From the NCBI GenBank assembly GCA_039028615.1, contig JBCCHT010000003.1:1-64000 (forward strand): a stretch of 64,000 nucleotides of DNA. The letters are read 5' to 3'. This DNA comes from Myxococcota bacterium. Lineage in GTDB: Bacteria; Myxococcota_A; Polyangia; Nannocystales; Nannocystaceae. Under the pieces are notes generated by a model that was given only the letters and a program-made list of their open reading frames with translations, was not told the origin of the DNA and did no database searches. Positions 1-9,360 of this stretch are shown one piece after another. Numbering within the stretch: the first letter of the stretch is position 1; each line of letters starts with the position of its first letter. The translations under genes and the position numbers were made by a program.

Positions 1-228
1 CTAATTTTTCCCTCGACCGACTGTGAGACAGCTGGACGGTCTTGCGAGCAAAACGCTGCACAGTGTACAGTGGTCCCTCGTTTATCTGGCAGCGGATGCG
101 AACGGCGCAGGAAAGTACTCCCTCCCACGCCAAGACGACGGCGTACTCTCGCGCCTCTTCGAGAGTTCGAGTGACGCGCCCGCGAAGGTGCGGCAGACAA
201 TGGTGGGCCGCGTTTCACCCGCGAATCG

Positions 229-1815
229 TCACTCGGTGCGCCGACGGTACTCGACGTAGCCCTCCATGAGGGCGAGGTAGGCCATGCGCCCGATGACCTT
301 CTGACCGGCGTGGCTCAGGTGCGCCAGGTCGCCGCTGAGCAGCGGAGGGTTGGCTCGGCGCCAGCGTGCCGCGGCCCCGTCTCCCCCCATCGCGGCCACG
401 GTGTCGAAGAACGCACAGCCCTCGGCCAGGGCCACGCGCCGCTGGATCTCCACGATGCGCGCGACCATGGGCAGGCTGACGATGCGCTGTCCTTGGCGCA
501 GGCCGTGGTCGACGGGGGCCATCACCACGCACGCGCGCGGGTCTTCGGTGCCGGCGAAGCGCCGCAGCATCTCGGTGAAGTCTTGCTCGTAGCGCTCGAG
601 CTTGTGCGGCGGAATCGTCAGATCGTTGCCGCCGAAGCTGAACACCAGCAGGGCGGGGTCGCGGTGGTCGATCTGCGTGCGCAGGTGCTCGGGATCGAAG
701 AGCAACATCTTGCGCGAGAAGGCACCCAGCTGCGCCATGCCATCCCAGACCACACCGGGCCCTTCACGCTCGAGCACGACCCCGTACAGCCGCACCTTGC
801 CGCTCGCGCCCGCGCGCAGGGTGATGCTGTGGGGACCGTCGGGGAACTCGAGGGTCTGCCAGGCGTCGCCCTCGGGCCCGGCGGTCTCGACGATGCGAGG
901 GGCCTCGCTGTCGATCTTGACCCGCACCCGCCCGGACTTGGGGCGAGCGCGGTACCAAAGCTCGAGCCGGGACGCGCTACGACCGAGGGCGAGCTTGGAC
1001 TCCGTCTTCCACTGCGACTCGGCGCCACCCGTGGACCACACCATCGTGCCCCCGAAGCCGTAGAGGCCATCGGGTTGGCAACGATTGATGATGTAGCACA
1101 GCTGCCAGTCCTCCCCGCCGAAGAAGCGCACGCCTTGGTGGCGATAGCTGGGGTTGGGCTTGGCCACGAGGTGGAAGCCATGCCCGGCGTCGCCGAAGCG
1201 ACGCTGCATCAAAAAGCGCATCGCCGAGCTGACGTTGTCGTTGGCGATCACGGAGTCGCCCCAGTGGCTCACCCGGGTGATGGCGCCCGCGTAGCTGGCA
1301 TCGGTGCGGGCCAAGCTGGCGTAGAACGAGTCGAGCGCGGTCGGAGTGGGCAGTTCGAGCGACTGCGTGACGGCCTCTTCGTCGTCGGGGTGCGGCTCGT
1401 AGGGCGGCAGCTCGGTGCCCTTCGGCGGCGGCTCGATGACGGGGCCCTGGCGCACCGGGCCTTCGTCGTCCTGCATGGCCCGGGCAATGCGCTCGGCTTC
1501 TTCGGTCTTCGCGTCGGCCTTCTCGAGCGACTCGCCTTCGCCGAGCAGCTCGCGGCCCACCAGGTTCCAGAAGGGCACCGGGTCCTTGCCCGCGACCCAC
1601 GGCCGGGCCCAGTCGAGCGCGGGCACCAGGTAGGTCAGCCCGATGAGCACGACCAGCGTGGCCATGCCCGAGCCGATCTTACCGAAGGTGCCAGGGGCCG
1701 GCGGCTCGCCCTGCTCGTCGCCCGCCGTGAGCACGACCTCCTCCACGCGCTCCTCGACGTCGAGCAAGCCCGTGTCGTCGGAGACGGTCGTGTCGGAGTG
1801 AGAAGGGGCGGGCAT
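229..1815 (-). CDS. SGNH/GDSL-family hydrolase/O-acetyltransferase (PatB-like), N-terminal membrane anchor
   Basis: SGNH blocks HWGDS, FGGND and DLAH; one N-terminal hydrophobic helix; 7 nt downstream of the MBOAT gene. Confidence 0.8.
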   Translation of the reverse strand: MPAPSHSDTTVSDDTGLLDVEERVEEVVLTAGDEQGEPPAPGTFGKIGSGMATLVVLIGLTYLVPALDWARPWVAGKDPVPFWNLVGRELLGEGESLEKADAKTEEAERIARAMQDDEGPVRQGPVIEPPPKGTELPPYEPHPDDEEAVTQSLELPTPTALDSFYASLARTDASYAGAITRVSHWGDSVIANDNVSSAMRFLMQRRFGDAGHGFHLVAKPNPSYRHQGVRFFGGEDWQLCYIINRCQPDGLYGFGGTMVWSTGGAESQWKTESKLALGRSASRLELWYRARPKSGRVRVKIDSEAPRIVETAGPEGDAWQTLEFPDGPHSITLRAGASGKVRLYGVVLEREGPGVVWDGMAQLGAFSRKMLLFDPEHLRTQIDHRDPALLVFSFGGNDLTIPPHKLERYEQDFTEMLRRFAGTEDPRACVVMAPVDHGLRQGQRIVSLPMVARIVEIQRRVALAEGCAFFDTVAAMGGDGAAARWRRANPPLLSGDLAHLSHAGQKVIGRMAYLALMEGYVEYRRRTE

Positions 1816-1822
1816 GATCGGC

Positions 1823-3481
1823 TCAGAAGTTGAAGTAGATGAAGGTCCGCGGGGCGCCGTCCATGAGCTTCATGAGGCCCAGGCCCAGCACGCCGAGCAG
1901 GAGCCCGAGCACCGGTCCGGGCAAGCGCACGAAGAGCCGCCAGGCGGTGACCTCGACGAAGCGCCGCGGGGTGAAGTGGTAGAAGGTCCCGAAGCCGAGG
2001 GCGAGCCACAGCCACGGGCTCAGCAGGTCGGGGCGGAACAGGTTGCTGTCGAAGCGCAGCAGGCCCGCGATCATCTCCTTGGCCGTGGCGAAGTCGGGCG
2101 CGCGGAAGAACACCCGCGACAGCACGGTGAAGTGATAGGTGATGAACACGTGCAGCAGCGTGTTCATGGGCCCGCCCGTCAGCGGTAGCCAGGTCACCAG
2201 GGCGAACATGGCGATCGCGAACCCGCCACAGCCGATCGCGGTGCCTCGATCGAGGTCGAGGATCAGCTCGGCCGCGGTCGCGCAGGCCAGCCCGATGCCG
2301 ATGGCCATCACCGCCATTGTGGTCGGCCGCGTCCGCCCTTCGCCGCCTCGGGCCCGGGTGCGATTCCAGCGGCTGTAGAGCATCGCCAGCCCGTGCAGGT
2401 TGCTGTAGATGACGAAGTTCCAGCTCGTGCCGGGCGTGTAGTGCCACATGCCCACCAGGAACATGGTGAGCCACAGGTTGAAGTAGGTCCGGCCCGTGCT
2501 GCCGCGGCTGCCTCCCAGCGGGAAGAACAGGTAGTCCCGCAGCCAGGTCGACAGGGTCATGTGCCACCGTCGCCAGAACTCGCCCAGGGTCTTGGCCTGG
2601 TAGGGGCGATCGAAGTTCTCGGGGATCTGGTAGCCGAGCAGGCGCGAGGTGCCGATGGCGATGTCGGAGTACCCGGAGAAGTCGGCGTAGATCTGGACGG
2701 TGAACGCGTACAGAGCGAGCAGCAGCTCGGCCGAGGTGTAGCCGCCGGGGTTGGTGAACACGGCGTCGGTGAACTGACTGGCGATGTAATCGCCGAGCAC
2801 CACCTTCTTGACCAGGCCCTTGAAGATCTTGAACAGGCCCTCCTCCATCGCCACCGCGTTCAGGCGCGGGCGACGGTGCAGCTGCGGCAGCAGCTCGCTG
2901 GCGCGGACGATGGGGCCGGCCACCAGCTGCGGGAAGAAGGTGACGAACAGCGCGAACTTCCGAAACGAAGGCTCGGGCGTCAGCCGCTCGCGCCACACGT
3001 CGATCGAGTAGCTGAGGCTCTGGAACGTATAGAACGAGATCCCGACGGGCAGGACGATCTCGAGGTGCGGCGCGACGAAGGGCACGCCCACCAGGTGAGC
3101 GATGTCGGCGAAGGTCGAGACGAAGAAGTCGACGTACTTGAAGTAGCCGAGCAGGCCGAGGTTGCCGACGAGGCTGACCAGCAGCAGGAGCTTGCGCTCA
3201 CGCCGGGCCCGGGCGGCGGCCACCGGATCGGCGCCGTGCATGGCGGGGGCACGGCGGTGGATCTGGTGCCCGACCACTAAGTCGAGCACCGTGGAGAACA
3301 CCAGCAGCCCCGCGAAGTACCAGGGCGTGGGCAGCGGGTCCGTCCGCGGGCCCGCCATGTAGAAGAAATAGCTGGCGACCAACAGCAGCAGCACCCGAGC
3401 CCGCGGCCGACCTCCCAGCAACCAGAACGCCACCAACATGGGCGCCAGGAAGAGCAGGTAGTCGAAGGTCGGAAAGAGCAT
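1823..3481 (-). CDS. MBOAT family O-acyltransferase (AlgI/PatA/DltB-like)
   Basis: Motifs LPVGISFYTFQ, FFPQLVAGPIVR, DFSGYSD, ENFDRPY, FWRRWHMTLSTWLRDY, GMWH; many TM helices. Confidence 0.93.
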   Translation of the reverse strand: MLFPTFDYLLFLAPMLVAFWLLGGRPRARVLLLLVASYFFYMAGPRTDPLPTPWYFAGLLVFSTVLDLVVGHQIHRRAPAMHGADPVAAARARRERKLLLLVSLVGNLGLLGYFKYVDFFVSTFADIAHLVGVPFVAPHLEIVLPVGISFYTFQSLSYSIDVWRERLTPEPSFRKFALFVTFFPQLVAGPIVRASELLPQLHRRPRLNAVAMEEGLFKIFKGLVKKVVLGDYIASQFTDAVFTNPGGYTSAELLLALYAFTVQIYADFSGYSDIAIGTSRLLGYQIPENFDRPYQAKTLGEFWRRWHMTLSTWLRDYLFFPLGGSRGSTGRTYFNLWLTMFLVGMWHYTPGTSWNFVIYSNLHGLAMLYSRWNRTRARGGEGRTRPTTMAVMAIGIGLACATAAELILDLDRGTAIGCGGFAIAMFALVTWLPLTGGPMNTLLHVFITYHFTVLSRVFFRAPDFATAKEMIAGLLRFDSNLFRPDLLSPWLWLALGFGTFYHFTPRRFVEVTAWRLFVRLPGPVLGLLLGVLGLGLMKLMDGAPRTFIYFNF

Positions 3482-3625
3482 GGCTGCCGGTCTGCGACGG
3501 GCGAACGCTACCCGTTGCCCGACACGGGTGCGAGGGTCCGACGCGCGACCGTCTCGCGCTCTTCCCGCGACACGGAAGAATCACCGAGATTGCGCGCACA
3601 GACCCCGGTGAGCGACCATTGACCC

Positions 3626-4042
3626 ATGGATCGTCGAGGCTCGGGTCGTACGGTGCTGCACTTTGCCGTCACGGGCGCTCTGCTGGGCGGTGGAGTTGCC
3701 AGCGGATGCACCAGCAAGGACGGGCCCAAGACCAACACGGCGCACGTGGACGAGCCCGGAGCCGAGGCGGGCCAGCTGCACATCAATCCCGGGCCCGACA
3801 AGCCGAAGCCCGACCCGCAGCCGCCGACCGAGGATCGGGTGAACGTGGGGCCCGAGGACGAGCCCAAGCCGCCGCCCGAGGAAAAACGGGTGAATGTGGG
3901 CCCCGAAGACGACGCCCAAAAACCCCTCGATAAGGCGCCGCCCGACGTGTCGGTGAATCCCGGGCCCGAGCCCCAACCGAAGCCCGAGCCCGCACCGATC
4001 ATCAAGACCAACCCGGGGCCCACCCCGGAAAAGCCCAAGTAG
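3626..4042 (+). CDS. Pro-rich lipoprotein with five [IVT]N[PV]GP repeats
   Basis: Signal peptide ending VASG-C; repeats INPGP, VNVGP, VNVGP, VNPGP, TNPGP; stop 11 nt before the next ATG. Confidence 0.75.
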   Translation: MDRRGSGRTVLHFAVTGALLGGGVASGCTSKDGPKTNTAHVDEPGAEAGQLHINPGPDKPKPDPQPPTEDRVNVGPEDEPKPPPEEKRVNVGPEDDAQKPLDKAPPDVSVNPGPEPQPKPEPAPIIKTNPGPTPEKPK

Positions 4043-4053
4043 GGCGACGAGGC

Positions 4054-4938
4054 ATGACCGCGTCGACCGGGGCCGAGCGCATGCTCGGCAAGGCGACCGA
4101 TCGGCTCGAGCGCATGCATCGGACCACGGTGCACCGCGATCCGTGGCCCGACTTCGAGGCCTTCGACGGCGCGCGCTACGACGTGGCGCTGCGGCGTGCA
4201 GCCGCGGTGCAGTGGGCGGGGCGAGCTCGCGCCGAGCATGGGTCGGTGCATCAGTTCACGATCCTCAGCCACACGCTGTGCCGGGCGCGGATCGAGCTGC
4301 CCGTGTTGGGGGCGCTGGCGCGGCTCATCACCGACGAAGTGCGGCACGCCGAGCTGTGTGCCGAGATGGCGCTCGCGTGCTGGCCGGAGGGACCCGACAC
4401 CGAGCCCGAGGTCTTTCGTTGGGAGCCGCCGCGGCTGCCCTGGCCGCAGCCGCCCGGAGGCGGGCACGACGAGGCCTCGCTGCTGGCGTGGGCGGCCGAG
4501 GCCATCTTGAGCTCGTGCTGCGTGGGCGAGACCTTGTCGCGACCCATGCTCGAGGCGGTCGCGGTGGTGGCCACCGATCCGCTCGCGGCCGCGGTGGCGC
4601 GGCAGATCCTCCGCGACGAACACCTGCATGCGACCTTCGGCTGGGAGACACTCGGCCTGTTGATCCCCCGCATGAGTGACGACGCGCGGCAAAAGCTCGA
4701 GCAGCAGATGGCCCAGGTCTTCGGCGGCGTGGAGCGCACGACCGCGTGCGGGATCGGCATCGAGACCGTGGCGGGCACCGACATCGAAATCGCCGCGAGC
4801 GACGAGCCCAACCTCGGCACGCTGAGCGACCCGCAGTACGCGATGATCTTCTTCGCCACCATGGAGTCCGAAGTGCTCCCCAAGCTCGAGGCGCTGGGCC
4901 TGGATGCCTTCGGTGCCTGGCGCCGAAGACCCATGTAG
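4054..4938 (+). CDS. Ferritin-like (diiron carboxylate) domain protein
   Basis: Pattern E(HGSV)...DEVRH...GE(TLS)...DEHLH, typical of ferritin-like four-helix diiron sites; GAGG RBS upstream. Confidence 0.8.
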   Translation: MTASTGAERMLGKATDRLERMHRTTVHRDPWPDFEAFDGARYDVALRRAAAVQWAGRARAEHGSVHQFTILSHTLCRARIELPVLGALARLITDEVRHAELCAEMALACWPEGPDTEPEVFRWEPPRLPWPQPPGGGHDEASLLAWAAEAILSSCCVGETLSRPMLEAVAVVATDPLAAAVARQILRDEHLHATFGWETLGLLIPRMSDDARQKLEQQMAQVFGGVERTTACGIGIETVAGTDIEIAASDEPNLGTLSDPQYAMIFFATMESEVLPKLEALGLDAFGAWRRRPM

Positions 4939-4950
4939 ACTGCGCCGACC

Positions 4951-5775
4951 ATGTACGACGGGGTCGTGTTCGCAGGGGGTGGATGCCGCTGTTTCTGGCA
5001 GGCCGGGTTCTGGACGGTCGCGGCACCTGCTCTGGACCTGAAGCCACGCGCCATGTCGGCGGTGAGCGCAGGCGTGGCCTTTGCCTGCTCCGCCGTCGGC
5101 GGCACCTTGACCGAGGTCCTGCGCGACTTCATGGGGCGGACGGCGGCCAACGACAAGAACATCTATGTGCACCGCTCCGGCCTGAAGTTCCCGCACGGCA
5201 AGATGTATCGCGACGCGATCCTGGCCACGGTGGACGATGGGTTCTTGGAGAAGATCCAAAAGGGCCCGCAGATCCGGGCGCTCATCGCCTACCCGCCGCC
5301 GCGCGTTGCTCCCAAGGCCGCGCTGCTGCTCGCGTTCGGGGCCTATCGTCTGGATCGGGCGGTGCGGCGCAGCGTGCATCCCTCCTTCGGCCGCAAGCTG
5401 GGCTTCCGTCAGCAGGTCGTCGCCGCCAACGATTGCCAGTCGGCCGACGAACTCGCCGACCTGATCTTGCAGTCGTCGTGCATGCCGCCCGTGACCCCGC
5501 AATATCAGCGCGAGGGACAGCCGGTCATCGACGGGGGCATCATCGACAGCTCTCCCGTCGAGCTGCTCGACGACTGCGAGTCCACGCTCGTGTTGTTGAC
5601 GCGTCGCTTCGACCAGCTTCCCGAGTCCCCGCGGCGCACCTACGTGCAGCCCTCCGCGCCCGTGCCCGTGTCGATGTGGGACTACACCAACCCGGCCTTG
5701 CTTGAGGCGACCTACGATCTGGGTCGTCGCGATGGCGAGGCGTTCGTCGCCCGCCACCAGCGGCGGGCCGGCTGA
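4951..5775 (+). CDS. Patatin-like phospholipase
   Basis: Gly-rich FAGGGCR, nucleophile elbow AVSAG, catalytic DGG. Confidence 0.85.
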   Translation: MYDGVVFAGGGCRCFWQAGFWTVAAPALDLKPRAMSAVSAGVAFACSAVGGTLTEVLRDFMGRTAANDKNIYVHRSGLKFPHGKMYRDAILATVDDGFLEKIQKGPQIRALIAYPPPRVAPKAALLLAFGAYRLDRAVRRSVHPSFGRKLGFRQQVVAANDCQSADELADLILQSSCMPPVTPQYQREGQPVIDGGIIDSSPVELLDDCESTLVLLTRRFDQLPESPRRTYVQPSAPVPVSMWDYTNPALLEATYDLGRRDGEAFVARHQRRAG

Positions 5776-5855
5776 CGCCCACCGTCGGCGACCGACCAAA
5801 GTTCAAGGATTTCACTTGATTGGCAGGTTGGGGGCGTGTTTCCGTCTCAGCACGC

Positions 5856-6611
5856 ATGACGGAATCAACCCTGTCCAATCGTCGAATTCACGTCGTCGGA
5901 GCGACCCGCGGGATGGGTCGAGGCATCGCCGCCGCGCTGGCCGAGGCCGGGGCGAGCGTGCTCGCGATCGGCCGCAGCGGCGACGAGCTGACGCAGCTAC
6001 GTGAAGCGACCGGGGTCGACGTCAGGGCCGGGGACGCGAGCGAGGCGACCTTCGTCTCGAACGTCTTCGACGACGACCCGCCCGACGGCGTGGTGATCGT
6101 GGCCGGGGCTCGGCCCGCCCTGGGGCCGCTGTCGAGCTACGCGTGGGAGTCGTTTTGCGCACCGTGGGAGACGGACGTGAAGGTCGCCTTTCACTGGCTG
6201 CAGCAGGCGCTTCGTCGACCCTCGCCGCAGGGGCGGCACGTGGTGGTGTTCTCGAGTGCGGCCGCGCGCTCGGGCTCGCCGCTTTCCGGGGGCTACGCGG
6301 GGGCGAAGCAGACCCAGCGATTCATGTGCAAGTATGCCGCGGGTGAGGCCCGGGCGCGGGAGCTTGCGCTGAACGTGCAGTGCGTCATGCCCATGCTCAA
6401 CCCCAACACCGGGCTGGGGGCGGCAGCCGTGCGCGCCTACGCCCAGCAGGCGGGCGAGGACGAGGGCGAGTTCGTACGCAAGCGTTTCGGCGAGACGCCG
6501 CTGTCGCCCGAGATCGCGGGGCGAGAGATCGCCCAGCTGATGGGAGACCCCAAGATGCACTCGGTGCCCGAATTCCTGCTCATGGGCGAGGGGCTGCGGG
6601 CGCTGCTATGA
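5856..6611 (+). CDS. Short-chain dehydrogenase/reductase (SDR)
   Basis: VGATRGMGRGIA Rossmann motif, SS...YAGAK catalytic motif; ATG at 5856 chosen over the upstream TTG. Confidence 0.85.
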   Translation: MTESTLSNRRIHVVGATRGMGRGIAAALAEAGASVLAIGRSGDELTQLREATGVDVRAGDASEATFVSNVFDDDPPDGVVIVAGARPALGPLSSYAWESFCAPWETDVKVAFHWLQQALRRPSPQGRHVVVFSSAAARSGSPLSGGYAGAKQTQRFMCKYAAGEARARELALNVQCVMPMLNPNTGLGAAAVRAYAQQAGEDEGEFVRKRFGETPLSPEIAGREIAQLMGDPKMHSVPEFLLMGEGLRALL

Positions 6612-7417
6612 GCTTGGCGGTCGAGCCCGCCGAGTCGCCCGAGCGCATCGCGGCGGCCAAGGCGGGAGATGCCGGGGCATTCGATGCGCTGGTCCGGCCG
6701 CTATTGCCTCGGCTCGAAGCGTTTGCGTACCGCATGCTCACCGATCGCGAGGACGCGGCCGAGGCGGTCCAGGACGCGCTGTTGAAGGCGCACCAGGGCC
6801 TGCCTCGGTTTCGCGGTGAGGCGCGCTTCGGCACCTGGGTGTTCACGATTCTCACGCGGGTCTGCGTCGATCAGCTGCGGGCGCGCAAGCGGTGGCGTTG
6901 GGATGCTCAGGCGCACACGCGAGCCGACCCGGACACGTCCCACGACGCGGTGCTCGAGCAGCTGCGGGCGGCCGACGGCGGCTTCGAGGCGCGCGAGCAC
7001 ATCGCGTTCTGCTTTTCATGTGTGTCGCGGTCGTTGCCCCCCGAGGAGGCGGCGGCGATCTTACTGCGCGAGGTGTTCGGCTACGGCAATCGCGAGGCGG
7101 CGAAGATCTGCGGGGTGAGCGAGTCGGTGCTACGGCATCGACTCTCGGCCGGGCGCGTCGCCATGCAGGACGCCTTCGAGGGCCTGTGCGGCTTGGTGAG
7201 CAAGGCGGGCGTCTGCTACCAGTGCAAGGGGCTACGGGACCGAACCCCCGGGCCGCAGCAGGGCGAGGCGCTGCCGAATCTGTCGGGTGAGCGGGAGGAC
7301 TCGTTTCGGCGCCGACTCACCATCGTGCGAGAGGCCGACCTCGAGCAAGGGCGGGCCGCCGCGCTGCACCGCTTGATGTTCGAGCTGGTGAAGCAGACCG
7401 AGGCACGCGGGGCCTAG
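6608..7417 (+). CDS. ECF sigma-70 factor with Cys-rich C-terminal extension
   Basis: Region 2 (DAAEAVQDALLKA...FRGEARFGTWVFTI) and region 4 (LLREVFGYGNREAAKICGVSESVLRHRLSAGR); CFSC and CGLVSKAGVCYQC; ATGA overlap with the SDR. Confidence 0.88.
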   Translation: MSLAVEPAESPERIAAAKAGDAGAFDALVRPLLPRLEAFAYRMLTDREDAAEAVQDALLKAHQGLPRFRGEARFGTWVFTILTRVCVDQLRARKRWRWDAQAHTRADPDTSHDAVLEQLRAADGGFEAREHIAFCFSCVSRSLPPEEAAAILLREVFGYGNREAAKICGVSESVLRHRLSAGRVAMQDAFEGLCGLVSKAGVCYQCKGLRDRTPGPQQGEALPNLSGEREDSFRRRLTIVREADLEQGRAAALHRLMFELVKQTEARGA

Positions 7418-7926
7418 CACGCGCAGCCGCGGCCCTTGTGGCAGTTCTTCGACAGCGAGATGCACGAGTTGCCGCAGGGCTTCGAGGTCGGGCCGCAGTG
7501 CTTGCAGCAGGTGCGGGTCGGCACCGCGGCATGCGAGGACGACGAGGTCCCATGCCGCTTCGAGCCGGAGGGCTTGAGCGCGTCTTTCAGCGCCTGGTCC
7601 ATGTCGGAGGGGGAGGAGCCTTCCTTTGCCTCGAAGGGGTCGACAGATTTGCCCGCCTCGGCGTGCTTGGCTTCTTCGTGGTGCGTTCGCCGATGCTTGC
7701 GCCGCCGTTTCCGGTGGTGCTCCGGCTCTGCCTCCTCGGCGGCGGCCGGCGGCTCCTCATGAGGCGGCGGGGTCACGGCGACCGGGGCGGGCTCGGACTC
7801 TTCGACCTTCGGCGCCGCGGCGGGAGGCGGTCGCCGTTCGTCGCCCGTGCACAGGTTGCAGACCCACACGAAGGGCGCGAGCAGAAGAAGCAACCCTACC
7901 GCCGAGCCCGAGCTCTTCTTCGCCAT
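7414..7926 (-). CDS. Hypothetical exported/membrane-anchored protein with C-terminal 8-Cys domain
   Basis: N-terminal hydrophobic stretch, Pro/Glu linker, His/Arg-rich segment, C-terminal CCKHC...CGNSC...CHKGRGCAC. Confidence 0.7.
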   Translation of the reverse strand: MAKKSSGSAVGLLLLLAPFVWVCNLCTGDERRPPPAAAPKVEESEPAPVAVTPPPHEEPPAAAEEAEPEHHRKRRRKHRRTHHEEAKHAEAGKSVDPFEAKEGSSPSDMDQALKDALKPSGSKRHGTSSSSHAAVPTRTCCKHCGPTSKPCGNSCISLSKNCHKGRGCAC

Positions 7927-8076
7927 GGCTCGAGTCTGAAGGACGGCGCCGAAGCGCGTCCAGCCCTCGTCGCGTAGAAGCGCCCTGGAGTCCCGGTTCC
8001 GGCCCCTTCGACCCGCGTCGCGTACGGCTTGCTAGACTCCGCCGCGACGCCACGCGCGGCTTTGCACGGTGACCCC

Positions 8077-9348
8077 ATGAAGAACTGGGCCAAGGACATC
8101 GAGTTCCACCCCACGCAGGTCCTGCGACCCACCAGCGCGGCCGAGGTTCGGGAGGCCGTGGCGGCGGCCCGCAGCGGCGGCCAGACGATCCGCACCACCG
8201 GTCGCCTGCACTCGTCCTCGGACATCATCGTCGCCAACGACATCTGCCTGTCCACCGAGCGCCTCGACCAGATCGTCTCCATCGATGTCGAGGCCAAGCG
8301 GGCGGTGGTGCAGCCGGGCGTTCAGATCCGCGACCTCGTCGAGAAGCTCGAGGTTCACGGCCTGACGCTCGAGAACACGGGCGGGGTCATGGCCCAGTCG
8401 ATCGCCGGTGCGCTGACCTGCGACACGCACGGCACGGGCCGCGAGCAGCCTCCGCTCAACACCATGGTGACGCGCTACACCTTCGTCGACGGCACGGGCG
8501 AGGAGGTCGTGGTCACTCCCGACGACGAGTGCTTCTGGGCGATCGGCGTGTCCCTGGGAATGCTGGGGGTCATCACCGAGATCGAGCTGCGCTGCGTGCC
8601 GAGCTTCCACCTGCAGAGTCAGGCGACGGTCTTCCCCTTCGACGAGCTCCCCGACAAGATCCTCGCCGAGAGCCACGAGTACCCCCGGCTGCAGTACTTC
8701 TGGTATCCGGGCCCGGGCAAGGTGGTGCGCCACGTCCTGCGCGAGCACGCCGACCCGGGCGAGGCCGAGGTCCGCCGCTCCCTGCGGGTACGCCACACCT
8801 TCGACCTTTTCTTCACCTTCCTCAGCACATTGATGGGCGCCATCGTGGCCCTGCGACCGCCCATCGTCCGCCTGCTGCTGCGCATCTTCAACAAGTCGCG
8901 CTCGCTCACCCTGCCGAGCCATGCTGCGCTCAGCTTTCGCTACTTCCCCAAGATGCACGAGGCCGAGGTCGCCTTCGACATCGAGGACGCACCGCAGGTG
9001 CTCGCGTATCTGCGGGAGAACATCGCCACCGTCACCGCCAGCAAGAAGATCAGCGGGGGCATCCGCTTTTGCGCGGCGAGCCGCTACTACCTGAGCCCCG
9101 TGCACGGCCGGGACAGCCTCTACGTCACGCTCATCTCCGTGACCGCGAAGGACTTCGACGTGGTCGTGAAGTTCCAGACCGAGCTCGCGCGCAAGTTCGG
9201 CGGTCGCTTCCACTGGGGCAAGAAGCACCCCAAAGATCCAGAGCTTCTGTCGACCTACGCCGAGCTGCCTCGCTTCATGGCGCTGGTGCGCAAGCACGAC
9301 CCGGACCGGGTCTTCGCCAGCCCCTACTTCCGCCGCATGTTCGACTGA
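8077..9348 (+). CDS. FAD-linked oxidoreductase, aldonolactone oxidase (ALO/GULO) family
   Basis: N-terminal NWA, GRLHSSS (covalent FAD His), SIAGALTCDTHGTG, SLGMLGVI, GGRFHWGK, DPDRVF. Confidence 0.88.
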   Translation: MKNWAKDIEFHPTQVLRPTSAAEVREAVAAARSGGQTIRTTGRLHSSSDIIVANDICLSTERLDQIVSIDVEAKRAVVQPGVQIRDLVEKLEVHGLTLENTGGVMAQSIAGALTCDTHGTGREQPPLNTMVTRYTFVDGTGEEVVVTPDDECFWAIGVSLGMLGVITEIELRCVPSFHLQSQATVFPFDELPDKILAESHEYPRLQYFWYPGPGKVVRHVLREHADPGEAEVRRSLRVRHTFDLFFTFLSTLMGAIVALRPPIVRLLLRIFNKSRSLTLPSHAALSFRYFPKMHEAEVAFDIEDAPQVLAYLRENIATVTASKKISGGIRFCAASRYYLSPVHGRDSLYVTLISVTAKDFDVVVKFQTELARKFGGRFHWGKKHPKDPELLSTYAELPRFMALVRKHDPDRVFASPYFRRMFD

Positions 9349-9360
9349 CGCGTCGGGGCC

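Noticed and set aside
3508..5799. 763-aa minus-strand ORF, and similar long antisense ORFs (36922..40293 +, 57351..59504 +, 48914..50857 +, 40557..42398 -)
   Set aside because: Shadow ORFs opposite motif-bearing genes; expected in high-GC DNA; no recognisable motifs
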